From assembly GCA_964494655.1 (NCBI GenBank), contig CAZBRM010000002.1:1-44912 (forward strand): a DNA stretch of 44,912 nt, given 5' to 3'. The notes under the pieces were generated by a model. The model did not search any database and was not told the DNA's origin. It worked only from the letters and a program-made list of their open reading frames with translations. This DNA is from an uncultured Candidatus Saccharibacteria bacterium (lineage in GTDB: Bacteria; Patescibacteriota; Minisyncoccia; Portnoybacterales; UBA2143). The translations under genes were made by a program, and so were the position numbers. Of this stretch, positions 32,372 to 40,881 are shown piece after piece. The stretch's first letter is position 1, and each line of letters begins with the position of its first letter.

Positions 32372-32400
32372 TTGACTTTAATAAAAAAAAATACTAGAAT
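32372..32400 (+). promoter_or_regulatory. sigma70-like promoter candidate for rpmH-rnpA-yidC
   Basis: TTGACT (32372..32377), a 17-nt spacer, then TAGAAT (32395..32400), which ends 9 nt before the rpmH ATG. Confidence 0.4.
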
Positions 32401-32409
32401 TAACACATT

Positions 32410-32544
32410 ATGTCTTTCACTTATAATCCCAAAAAGAAGAAAAGAAAAAAAACACATGGTTTTATGGTAAGAATGTCTACTAGATATGGTCGCCGTGTTT
32501 TATCTAAACGAAGAGCAAAAAAGCGTAAAAAATTAACCGTTTAA
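32410..32544 (+). CDS. rpmH: 50S ribosomal protein L34
   Basis: Not in the ORF track (44 aa). Hand translation gives [44 protein letters not shown]. Canonical position between dnaA and rnpA. Confidence 0.93.
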   Translation: MSFTYNPKKKKRKKTHGFMVRMSTRYGRRVLSKRRAKKRKKLTV

Positions 32545-32552
32545 TTTTTGGC

Positions 32553-32894
32553 ATGCTTTCAAAAAAATATAAATTAAAAAAGGACAATGATTTTAAGAAA
32601 GTATTTAAAAATGGAAGATACAAACAGAAAGATTTTATTAAAATAAAGTTTTTAAAAAATAATTTAGAAATAAGTAGATTTTCTTTTATAGTAGGATTAA
32701 AGATATCAAAAAAAGCTGTTCAGAGAAATAAAATTAAACGCAGATTAGAAGAAATTATACGATTAAATTCTAAACGAATTATTATAGGTTTTGATATTAT
32801 TGTCTTTGTTGATAAAGAAATAATAGAAAAGAAATATATAGAAATAAAAGAAAATTTAGTTTATTTATTAAAAAAATCAAAGCTAATTATTTAA
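32553..32894 (+). CDS. rnpA: ribonuclease P protein component
   Basis: 113 aa, LKKDNDFKKVFKNGR...VGLKISKKAVQRNKIKRRLEEIIR (the RNR-like motif). Position after rpmH. Confidence 0.9.
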   Translation: MLSKKYKLKKDNDFKKVFKNGRYKQKDFIKIKFLKNNLEISRFSFIVGLKISKKAVQRNKIKRRLEEIIRLNSKRIIIGFDIIVFVDKEIIEKKYIEIKENLVYLLKKSKLII

Positions 32895-32897
32895 AAA

Positions 32898-33638
32898 ATG
32901 GAATTTATAATAAATATATTTAATCAAGTTCTTTATTATCCTTTATTTAATTCTTTAATTTGGCTTTATAGTAATGCCTCTTTTAATGATTTAGGAATAG
33001 CAATTGTTATTTTAACGATTTTAATCCGTTTTATTCTTTATCCTCTTTCAAAAAAGGCAATCCAGTCACAAAAAGCAATGAGCGCTTTACAGCCAAAAAT
33101 AAAAGAGATTCAAAAAAAATATAAAAATAAAGAAGAGCAAGCTAAGCAGATGATGGTTTTGTACAAAGAAAATAAAGTGAATCCAATGACTGGGTGTCTT
33201 CCTATTTTAGTTCAGTTCCCAATTCTTATTGCTTTATATCGTGTTTTTTTTACAGGGTTAGATCCTGAACGACTGAATGGTCTTTATAGTTTTGTCCAAA
33301 GGCCAGAATCTCTTAATTTTATGTTCTTAGGATTAGTTGATCTTTCCACAAGAAGTATTACTCTAGCTGTTATTGCTGGTATTCTTCAGTTTATTCAATC
33401 AAAAATGATTATGCCTAAAAAAATTGCTGGAAAGAAACAAGGGATGAAAATTGGAAATATGGATTTTTCTTCTTTAATGGGTCAGCAAATAACTTATTTT
33501 ATGCCATTGATAACCGTTTTTATTGCATTAAGTTTACCAGCAGCTTTACCCTTGTATTGGATAGTGATAACTTTATTTGGTATTGTCCAGCAATATTTTA
33601 CAAAAATAGATAATAAAATTGTTAAAAATCATGGATAA
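32898..33638 (+). CDS. yidC: membrane protein insertase YidC (short, Gram-positive/CPR type)
   Basis: 246 aa, ...LGIAIVILTILIRFILYPLSKKAIQSQKAMSALQPKIKEIQKKYK...NPMTGCLPILVQFPILIALY... Confidence 0.92.
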   Translation: MEFIINIFNQVLYYPLFNSLIWLYSNASFNDLGIAIVILTILIRFILYPLSKKAIQSQKAMSALQPKIKEIQKKYKNKEEQAKQMMVLYKENKVNPMTGCLPILVQFPILIALYRVFFTGLDPERLNGLYSFVQRPESLNFMFLGLVDLSTRSITLAVIAGILQFIQSKMIMPKKIAGKKQGMKIGNMDFSSLMGQQITYFMPLITVFIALSLPAALPLYWIVITLFGIVQQYFTKIDNKIVKNHG

Positions 33639-34080
33639 AAAAAATATCATAAAGAAAACTGTTACAGAATTACTAAAATTAATGAATTTTAACGGTAGTG
33701 TTTTGATTAACAATTTTGATGAGGATAATATAATAGCTAATATTCAGACAGATCAAGCTGGTTTTTTAATCGGCCAGGCAGGCGCAAGCTTAGATGCTTT
33801 ACAATGTATCGCAAGGACTTTAGTTAATAAAAAAACCAATGAATCAGTAAAATTTATTCTAGACGTTAACGACTATAGAAAGAATAAAATAGATCTCTTA
33901 AAAAATTTGGCAAAAGATATAGCTAAACAGGTTTTATCAAAGAGAGTTGCTGTTACTCTTCAGCCAATGTCTGCTTATGAAAGAAGAATTATACATTTAG
34001 CTTTAATTAATGATTCTCAAATAAATACAGAAAGTATTGGATATGAGCCAGAAAGAAGAATAATTGTAAGACCTCGTTAA
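33631..34080 (+). CDS. jag: Jag/KhpB-like RNA-binding protein (KH + R3H)
   Basis: GFLIGQAGASLDALQ is KH-like and MSAYERRIIHLAL is an R3H motif. The track start at 33619 is TTG; the ATG at 33631 overlaps the yidC end by 8 nt. Confidence 0.8.
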   Translation: MDKKNIIKKTVTELLKLMNFNGSVLINNFDEDNIIANIQTDQAGFLIGQAGASLDALQCIARTLVNKKTNESVKFILDVNDYRKNKIDLLKNLAKDIAKQVLSKRVAVTLQPMSAYERRIIHLALINDSQINTESIGYEPERRIIVRPR

Positions 34081-34083
34081 TTA

Positions 34084-34362
34084 ATGTCCATTAAAGCGAA
34101 AGAAATTATTAATAATAAAGTCATTAATAGAAGTGGTTATTACTTAGGTAGGGTCGTTGATTTTGATATAAATATTTCAACGCAGGCCATTGTAAGATAT
34201 TATGTCCAAGGAAATCTCCTTGGATTTTTTAAAAATCCGTTGATTATTAGCTCTAGTCAGGTTATTAAAATAGAGAAAGATAGAATTATAGTTGAAGATG
34301 CTATTATTCAAAAAAAAATAACTAAAAAGAAGACAGAATCAAGTATAAAATATGCTCAATAA
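34084..34362 (+). CDS. small PRC-barrel-like protein
   Basis: 92 aa. ...VINRSGYYLGRVVDFDINISTQAIVRYYV...ISSSQVIKIEKDRIIVED resembles the PRC-barrel pattern. Assignment is weak. Confidence 0.5.
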   Translation: MSIKAKEIINNKVINRSGYYLGRVVDFDINISTQAIVRYYVQGNLLGFFKNPLIISSSQVIKIEKDRIIVEDAIIQKKITKKKTESSIKYAQ

Positions 34363-35761
34363 AAAAATAGCTTATAATAGCATTATTTCATCTGGGGCTA
34401 GAATCATTGGACTAGCCCTTTCTTTAGTAATAATTGGCTTTATTACGCGCTATCTTGGCAAAGATGGTTTTGGTTATTATTCGGTTATTTTAGCTTTTTT
34501 ATATTTTTTTACGGTTCTAGCTGACTTGGGATTATACTCTATTTGTTTAAGGGATATTTCAAGACCTAATGCAAATGAAAAAAAAATAATAAATAATTCT
34601 TTTACTTTAAGATTTTTTGCCGGATTATTTATTTTTTCTTTTGCTCCTATAATTGTATATTTTTTTCCTTATACAAATGAAGTTAAATTAGGAGTTTTAA
34701 TAGGTTCTTTTGGTTTTTGGATGATGTCTAATCATCAGGTTCTAGTGGGTGTTTTTCAAAAATATTTAAAAATGAACAATGTTGCCATAGCAGAACTTGT
34801 GGGTAGATTATTTCAATTAGTTTTAATTCTGTTTTTCATCTGGCAAAAATTAAATTTTTTGTTTATTGTTTTCGCTTTTGTAGTGGGCGCTTCGATTAAT
34901 TTTATTTTGGTTTTTATATTTATTAGAAAATATGTCCGTATTTCTTTTGAATTTGATTTTATTTTTTGGCGCTCTTTATTAAAAGAATCCTTGCCTCTGG
35001 CTTTAGCTATTATTTTTACTGTAATTTATTTCAAATTAGATACGATTATGCTTTCTTTAATGAAGCCACCTGCTGATGTTGGTATTTATAATTTGTCTTA
35101 TAAGTTTTTAGAGAGTATGCTTTTTTTCCCTGCAATGTTTATTGGATTAGTAATGCCGTTAATGTCTAAATATGCTTTTTCCCTAAGAAAAAAATTTAAT
35201 AAAATTACACAAGAAGCTTTGGATATTTTATTGCTTTTTACTGTTCCATTAATTATCGGAACATTTTTCCTTTCTAAAAAAATTGTTATTTTAATAGCTG
35301 GGAAAGATTTTTTATTATCAGCTGGAGTTTTAAATTTGTTGATTATTGCTGGAGGTATTATTTTTTTAGGAGTTCTTTTTTCTAATATGATTATTTCTTT
35401 AAAAGAGCAAAAAAAATTAATTTATATTTACGGAATTGGCGCAGGAATTAATTTAATAGCCAATTTTATTTTTATACCTAAATATTCATATTATGGCGCA
35501 GCTTGGACAACTATTTTAACTGAATTTATTGTAACAGGACTGATGTTGATTATTCTTTATAGAATACTTAAATCTCTACCATCATTTAATTCTATTTTTA
35601 AATATATTTTGGCTGGATTAATAATGGCTATTCCCCTTTATTATTTACATAATTTATCTTTATTTATTCTTATTGTTTTATCTGGTTTAATTTATTTTGG
35701 TTTTTTGCATTTAATTAATGGAATACCTTTTAACAATGTGAGGAATTTAATTAAAAAATAA
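34352..35761 (+). CDS. Wzx-like flippase / polysaccharide biosynthesis protein (MOP superfamily)
   Basis: 469 aa and about 12-14 TM helices. An N-terminal ...SGARIIGLALSLVIIGFITRYLGKDGFGYYSVILAF pattern is typical of the family. Confidence 0.78.
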   Translation: MLNKKIAYNSIISSGARIIGLALSLVIIGFITRYLGKDGFGYYSVILAFLYFFTVLADLGLYSICLRDISRPNANEKKIINNSFTLRFFAGLFIFSFAPIIVYFFPYTNEVKLGVLIGSFGFWMMSNHQVLVGVFQKYLKMNNVAIAELVGRLFQLVLILFFIWQKLNFLFIVFAFVVGASINFILVFIFIRKYVRISFEFDFIFWRSLLKESLPLALAIIFTVIYFKLDTIMLSLMKPPADVGIYNLSYKFLESMLFFPAMFIGLVMPLMSKYAFSLRKKFNKITQEALDILLLFTVPLIIGTFFLSKKIVILIAGKDFLLSAGVLNLLIIAGGIIFLGVLFSNMIISLKEQKKLIYIYGIGAGINLIANFIFIPKYSYYGAAWTTILTEFIVTGLMLIILYRILKSLPSFNSIFKYILAGLIMAIPLYYLHNLSLFILIVLSGLIYFGFLHLINGIPFNNVRNLIKK

Positions 35762-37065
35762 TGTTTGCCTGGCTTCTTTTTTTAATAGCATATATCCCAT
35801 TTCAAATTGCGTTAAATCCTAGTATTAGATTTGATTTGGCGTCTATTAGGGTTTTTATTATTTTCTTCTTTTTATTTTTTGTTGTTAAAAAATTGATTAA
35901 CAAAGACCTATTTAGAAATAATTATTTTTATAATTTGCAAGGAATTTGTCTAATTCTTTTTTTATTTTTGTCCTGTCTTTCTTTAATAGGCGCAGAAAAT
36001 ATTTTTTGGGGAATAAGAAAAATTATTTTTTTCCTATCTATTTTTCCTCTTTATTTTTTAATTATTGCTTTAATAAATAATTGGCAAAAAATTAAAAAAA
36101 CTATTTTAATTTTAGCAATTAGCAGCAGTTTTTTAGCTTTAATCGGTTTACTTCAGTTCTTATCTCAATTTGTTTTTGGGCTGGAGAAAACTTATAGTTT
36201 TTGGGCTATTAATATTCTGCCTATTTTTTCAGGCTTTAATTTAGGGGCTATGATTTTAGCTTATCCAAGCTGGCTTGTTAATGTAAGTGGAGAAACTATG
36301 ATGAGGGTATTTTCTCTTTTTTCTGATCCACATATGGTTAGCTTTTATATTGGACTTATTTTGCCATTAGTTATGGTCTTACTCTACTGGACAATTAGAA
36401 GAAATCAAGCTAAATTTTCAATTATTTTTATTTTATATTCCACATTATATATTGCATTATTATTGACATTTGCTCGCGGATCTTATATTGCCATTATTAT
36501 TTCTTTTTTAATTTTAATTTTTCTTTTTTGGAAGTATCTTCATGATAAAAAAATAATTATTTTATTATGCTTGTCTTTGTTGATCTTTATTATTCCTGTA
36601 ACTCCGATTGCGGATAGATTTTATTCAACATTTAATTTAAGTGAAGGTTCAAACGCTGGACGTTTAGAAATGTGGCAGATTGCTAGCAATATAGGGATGA
36701 ATAGTTTTTGGAGCGGGATAGGATTGGGAAATTATTCTCTAGCTATTGATTCTGAGTTTGATTATAGAAATCCAGCTACAGCTCATAATCTTTATTTGGA
36801 TATTTTTTCAGAGATTGGATTCCTTGGCTTAATTGTCTGGTTATTTTTAATTCTAGGAACAATCTGGCAGATTGTTAAAAAATTAAAATTTTTAAATAAT
36901 GAAAATCAAAAATGTATTTTAATTTGTTTAATTGGCTCTTTATCTTATTTTTTTATACATAGCTTTTTTGAAACAGCGATTTATAGTCCAAGCGTTTTAG
37001 CGTTATTAATGATCATCTTAGGTTTATCTACTGTTTTATTTAAAAATAATGCAGAAAATAATTAA
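35761..37065 (+). CDS. O-antigen ligase/polymerase-like (Wzy_C domain) membrane protein
   Basis: 434 aa, polytopic. TFARGSYIAIIISF...GRLEMWQ...GIGLGNY...AHNLYLDIFSEIGFLGL is the Wzy_C hallmark. The start overlaps the upstream stop (TAATG). Confidence 0.75.
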   Translation: MFAWLLFLIAYIPFQIALNPSIRFDLASIRVFIIFFFLFFVVKKLINKDLFRNNYFYNLQGICLILFLFLSCLSLIGAENIFWGIRKIIFFLSIFPLYFLIIALINNWQKIKKTILILAISSSFLALIGLLQFLSQFVFGLEKTYSFWAINILPIFSGFNLGAMILAYPSWLVNVSGETMMRVFSLFSDPHMVSFYIGLILPLVMVLLYWTIRRNQAKFSIIFILYSTLYIALLLTFARGSYIAIIISFLILIFLFWKYLHDKKIIILLCLSLLIFIIPVTPIADRFYSTFNLSEGSNAGRLEMWQIASNIGMNSFWSGIGLGNYSLAIDSEFDYRNPATAHNLYLDIFSEIGFLGLIVWLFLILGTIWQIVKKLKFLNNENQKCILICLIGSLSYFFIHSFFETAIYSPSVLALLMIILGLSTVLFKNNAENN

Positions 37066-38224
37066 TTTTATTATTTATTTAATAGTTTTTTCTTTGCCAT
37101 TATATTTGGTTAGTTTTAAAATTGCCTGGATTCCAATAACGGTTTTAGAATTAATGATTTATCCGCTTTTTATTATTTGGTTATTTTATTTTATTATTAA
37201 GAAAAAGAAAATTATAGATTGCAAATTTTATATACCCGCATTATTAATTTTTTTAGGCGCTACTATTTCAACTTTATTATCATTAGACATTCAAGTTAGC
37301 GCTGGCATTTGGAAAGCATGGTTTGTCGCGCCAATGCTTTTTTTTGTAGTTATTATTAATAGTCTTAAAACAAAAAAGCAAATTAAAAATATTATTCTTT
37401 CTTTTATTTTATCTGGTTCTATTGTTGCCTTAATTTCCTTATTCTATTGGTTTAATGAAAATTTAACATATGATAATAGATTACAAGCATTTTATAATTC
37501 GCCAAATTACTTAGCTATGTTTCTGTCCCCTCTTTTATTCTTATCTTTTTATATCTATTCTCTTGTTAAAAACAAGATATTAAAAATATTACTTATTACT
37601 GATTATTTATTATTAATAACTGTTATTTATTTGACTTATTCCTATGGAGCCTGGCTCGGATTAATAGGCGCTGTAATTTTTATTCTAATATTTTTAAAGA
37701 TTAGATTGCGTTATATATTTTTATTTTTTTTAATAATTATTTTATTTTTTTCTTTTCAAGCTTCTAGCTATAAATTTCAAGGATTTCTTGATTTTTCTTA
37801 TCCTTCTTTAAAATCACGCTTAGTTATTTGGCAAAGCTCCTGGGAAATAATAAAAGACCATTCCTTAATTGGGATTGGTCCCGGTATGTTTCAAAAATAT
37901 TATTTAGATGAGCAAATTAATTTTGAGCCGTATTTAGAATGGGCTGTTCCTCAGCCGCATAATATCTTTTTGGCTTTTTGGCTGCAGACCGGCATAATTG
38001 GTTTAATGGGATTGATCTGGTTATTAATAGTTTTTTTTAAAAACGCATTGAGGTTCGATCTTTGCAAGGGCCGAACTTCAATTATTTTAATTGTCCTTGT
38101 TTCCAGTATGATTTGTATATTAATTCATGGGTTAGTTGATACGACTTATTGGAAGAATGATTTAGCAATAATTTTTTGGCTTATTACAGCTCTAATGAGT
38201 AAAGTAGGCCGTCTTTCTGATTAA
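37049..38224 (+). CDS. second O-antigen ligase/polymerase-like (Wzy_C domain) membrane protein
   Basis: 391 aa, polytopic. SYGAWLGLIGAVIF...SRLVIWQ...GIGPGMF...PHNIFLAFWLQTGIIGL. Overlaps the upstream gene by 17 nt. Confidence 0.75.
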   Translation: MQKIINFIIYLIVFSLPLYLVSFKIAWIPITVLELMIYPLFIIWLFYFIIKKKKIIDCKFYIPALLIFLGATISTLLSLDIQVSAGIWKAWFVAPMLFFVVIINSLKTKKQIKNIILSFILSGSIVALISLFYWFNENLTYDNRLQAFYNSPNYLAMFLSPLLFLSFYIYSLVKNKILKILLITDYLLLITVIYLTYSYGAWLGLIGAVIFILIFLKIRLRYIFLFFLIIILFFSFQASSYKFQGFLDFSYPSLKSRLVIWQSSWEIIKDHSLIGIGPGMFQKYYLDEQINFEPYLEWAVPQPHNIFLAFWLQTGIIGLMGLIWLLIVFFKNALRFDLCKGRTSIILIVLVSSMICILIHGLVDTTYWKNDLAIIFWLITALMSKVGRLSD

Positions 38225-39284
38225 TAAATAAAAGATAATCTTCCAATGGCGATAAAAGAAGTTCTTTCGCGTCATAGTCGCTATTATCTTTTATTTTAAT
38301 TATATCTTCGGTTTCTAAATTAATTTGCCAAATCTCGTCAGAAAATGAGATTTTTTCTTTATAATAGTCATCAGGTAAAACAGCTGATACGGGTATGCTT
38401 TTAGGAACTGCACAAAATATTGTTCTATTATCCTGGCTCCAGACGCATTTTTCGGGCAGAGTAATAAAGGTTAATTCTTTTATTATTTGTTCATTTAAAT
38501 CAACTAATTTTAATTTTAAATTCTTACCCTGGCTGTTTGTTTCTGAAATAAGGATTTTATCTCCAAGAGGAGACCAAAGAGCGGTTAATCCGTATGTTTC
38601 TTTGATTATTTTTTTAAGATTATTATCAAATAAGTCAATTGCATAGATAACGCTTTGAGCTAATCCGCTCGGTTTTGTGCGTATTGTTATTTTATTTTCA
38701 TCGGGCCACTCAACAATCAAATCTTTCATCCTTGTTGATAAAATATTGTTCCATTCAGAGCCATCAGGATTAGCTATACTTATATTGCTATCGCCTGTCT
38801 GCGAATCATAGTATTGGTATGCAATTTTCTCCTGTGTTGAAGACCAAGCAATCCATCTTATCTTATAATCTAATAATGTAAAACTATCAGCGTTGTAGTC
38901 ATATAAATATTTTTCAAGTAGATAATCTTTTTCAAAAATAGCAATAACCTTATCTTTATTTTTAGACCAAAGGACTTTGATAAGCCCGGGTAGATTATTT
39001 GAAGATAGTCGTGTTTTATCTGAACCGTCAAAATCTGACTCAAAAATATTTCCATTATTGGCAAGATAGTATCTGGCCTTCTTATTATTAATAATAATCG
39101 GTCCAACGACTGGTTCTTGTGAAATAGGTTTTATTCTGCTATCTAAATATTCGTTTGTTGTATTGTTGTCTGATTTTTCATCAGATTTTGGACTTTCTTT
39201 AATAAAAAAATTATAAATAGCTAAAATTCCTAATGCGATTATAAGGAGAATTATTAAAATAATTAAGATTTTTTTTAATGTCAT
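38184..39284 (-). CDS. membrane-anchored TolB-like (PD40 / WD40-like beta-propeller repeat) protein
   Basis: 366 aa with an N-terminal TM and repeated W-S-x-x-x-x-K-I motifs (LWSKNKDKVIAIF, AWSSTQEKIAYQY, LWSPLGDKILI, VWSQDNRTIF). Confidence 0.62.
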   Translation of the reverse strand: MTLKKILIILIILLIIALGILAIYNFFIKESPKSDEKSDNNTTNEYLDSRIKPISQEPVVGPIIINNKKARYYLANNGNIFESDFDGSDKTRLSSNNLPGLIKVLWSKNKDKVIAIFEKDYLLEKYLYDYNADSFTLLDYKIRWIAWSSTQEKIAYQYYDSQTGDSNISIANPDGSEWNNILSTRMKDLIVEWPDENKITIRTKPSGLAQSVIYAIDLFDNNLKKIIKETYGLTALWSPLGDKILISETNSQGKNLKLKLVDLNEQIIKELTFITLPEKCVWSQDNRTIFCAVPKSIPVSAVLPDDYYKEKISFSDEIWQINLETEDIIKIKDNSDYDAKELLLSPLEDYLLFINQKDGLLYSLEL

Positions 39285-39373
39285 AGTTTTATGTAATTTT
39301 GTTTATTTTTATTTAGATTTCTGGAGGTTCGCCAATTAGCAAGAGTGGTTGGTATTAAGGTTCTGCTGGTTCT

Positions 39374-39763
39374 TTAGGGTTTTGGCAAATTGGGCGGCGT
39401 TAAGGATGTTAAATCAGGATTAATAGTATTTAAGATAAGATAAGCGCAAAGACCTAAAATTAAACCAGAAATTGCTGCCCAGATGTATTTTTTAGCATCT
39501 TCTTTTGAAACAACAGTATCAGAGAGCATATACATGAATCCGCCATAAACCAAAACACCTAAAGCAGCTATGCCTATTAGTAATAATCCAAAAGTATATA
39601 GAGATTTAATATAATCCGGTAAAGAAACAGGATCCCCAGCTGTTGGTCCTCCAGGAATAGTTACTTCTATTTTATATTCAGCTGAAGAGAAATTAATATT
39701 AATTAAAGAAAAAAAGCAGATTATTATTGAAATTATTGGGATTATGATTAATATTTTTTTCAT
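39374..39763 (-). CDS. T4SS pilin (VirB2/TrbC-like, CPR 'T4SS_pilin' PF18895-type)
   Basis: 129 aa with a signal peptide and two hydrophobic helices. ...LYTFGLLLIGIAALGVLVYGGFMYMLSD....KEDAKKYIWAAISGLILGLCAYLILNTINPDL fits my recollection of the family. Lies in an operon with VirB4. Confidence 0.68.
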   Translation of the reverse strand: MKKILIIIPIISIIICFFSLININFSSAEYKIEVTIPGGPTAGDPVSLPDYIKSLYTFGLLLIGIAALGVLVYGGFMYMLSDTVVSKEDAKKYIWAAISGLILGLCAYLILNTINPDLTSLTPPNLPKP

Positions 39764-40473
39764 GGAATTAATGTTATTTCTATTATTCTCTGCGCTTTTT
39801 GATTTTTATTATTTTTATTCTCTGCAATAACTTCTAATTTTTTCTTAATTGATTCAGTCAATTCATTTATTTTTAATATAAGCGTATTCGGATTATTTTC
39901 ATCTATCTTTAAAGCTTCTTGCCCATCAAATTTCCATTTATAATTCAATTCATTTGTATTGTTTATATTAAAGAAATATGGCTTGGTAACGAATTGCGCT
40001 TCTTGATTTGATTTAATTTCATATTTATTAGGCAAATTTTTTACATAAAGAACAATTTCTGGTTCAGATGTTTCTATTGATAAATAAGCTATTCCCAAAA
40101 AAATATTATTAGTATTTTTTATCTCCAATCTAATTACATTTTTATTATTAATGGTTACTTCCGTATTGAATTTTAAAACTTGTTTGTTTAATCCCGAACT
40201 TTCTTCTTGAAAATAATCATTAATAAACCAGTTATAAATTAAATTTTCAGAATCAATTCTAGAATCATCAATGTTCGCGACTACTTCAATATCGCTGCCT
40301 CTTACGGGTAATGCTTTGCCTTGATATCCTAATGGCGTGTAGGTATCAGTTGACCATGTTAATGTTATATCTATTTGCGATGTCTGGCTTTGAACTAATC
40401 CAGTAATAAAAAACCAGCATCCTATAATCAATATAGTTATTAATAAATAATTTGTTTTTTTTATATCAACCAT
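39760..40473 (-). CDS. signal-anchored secreted protein with two beta-rich repeats, unknown function
   Basis: 237 aa with an N-terminal TM. Two similar modules (LIYNWFINDYFQEESSGLNKQVLKFN and LNYKWKFDGQEALKIDENNPNTLILKIN). ATGA overlap with the pilin gene. Confidence 0.5.
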   Translation of the reverse strand: MVDIKKTNYLLITILIIGCWFFITGLVQSQTSQIDITLTWSTDTYTPLGYQGKALPVRGSDIEVVANIDDSRIDSENLIYNWFINDYFQEESSGLNKQVLKFNTEVTINNKNVIRLEIKNTNNIFLGIAYLSIETSEPEIVLYVKNLPNKYEIKSNQEAQFVTKPYFFNINNTNELNYKWKFDGQEALKIDENNPNTLILKINELTESIKKKLEVIAENKNNKNQKAQRIIEITLIP

Positions 40474-40475
40474 AT

Positions 40476-40874
40476 TTAAACTTTTCCTTTAGCCAATTTA
40501 CTTGCCCATTTAGGTAGATAACCTTTTTGTTCTAAAAATATTATAGCAACAAATCCAGTCCAAAAAGGCAAAATACTTACAAGAGGAATAAAATCTCCAA
40601 CAGTCGCCGTTATAAATTTCCAAGTTGGAAATTTATGAAGCCGAAATAATACCCAAGAACCAAGAATCATAATAACTAAAATATTTATTGACCAGCCAAG
40701 TGCTCCTAAGGTTAAGACATCAAGGATATCTTTAATAACAGCTAAGCAAAAAGCTAAGAAAAATTCTACATCGCTGATTTCACTAATTGACTGAGCTGTT
40801 TTTCGCTTTTTTTTGACTGTTACGTTAGAATTTTTAGCTCTTTCTTGATTCAATTCTTCTGTGTAATTATTCAT
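40476..40874 (-). CDS. small polytopic membrane protein, unknown function
   Basis: 132 aa with a basic cytoplasmic N-terminus and about 3 TM helices. Tightly packed between VirB4 and the secreted protein. Confidence 0.5.
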   Translation of the reverse strand: MNNYTEELNQERAKNSNVTVKKKRKTAQSISEISDVEFFLAFCLAVIKDILDVLTLGALGWSINILVIMILGSWVLFRLHKFPTWKFITATVGDFIPLVSILPFWTGFVAIIFLEQKGYLPKWASKLAKGKV

Positions 40875-40881
40875 AATAATT

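Noticed and set aside
39285-39373. Possible read-through extension or terminator after the pilin stop (in-frame RTSRTL...RTSRNL after TAA)
   Set aside because: The apparent direct repeat is weak (about 12 of 17 positions). No convincing hairpin or T-tract is present, and nothing supports translation past the TAA.
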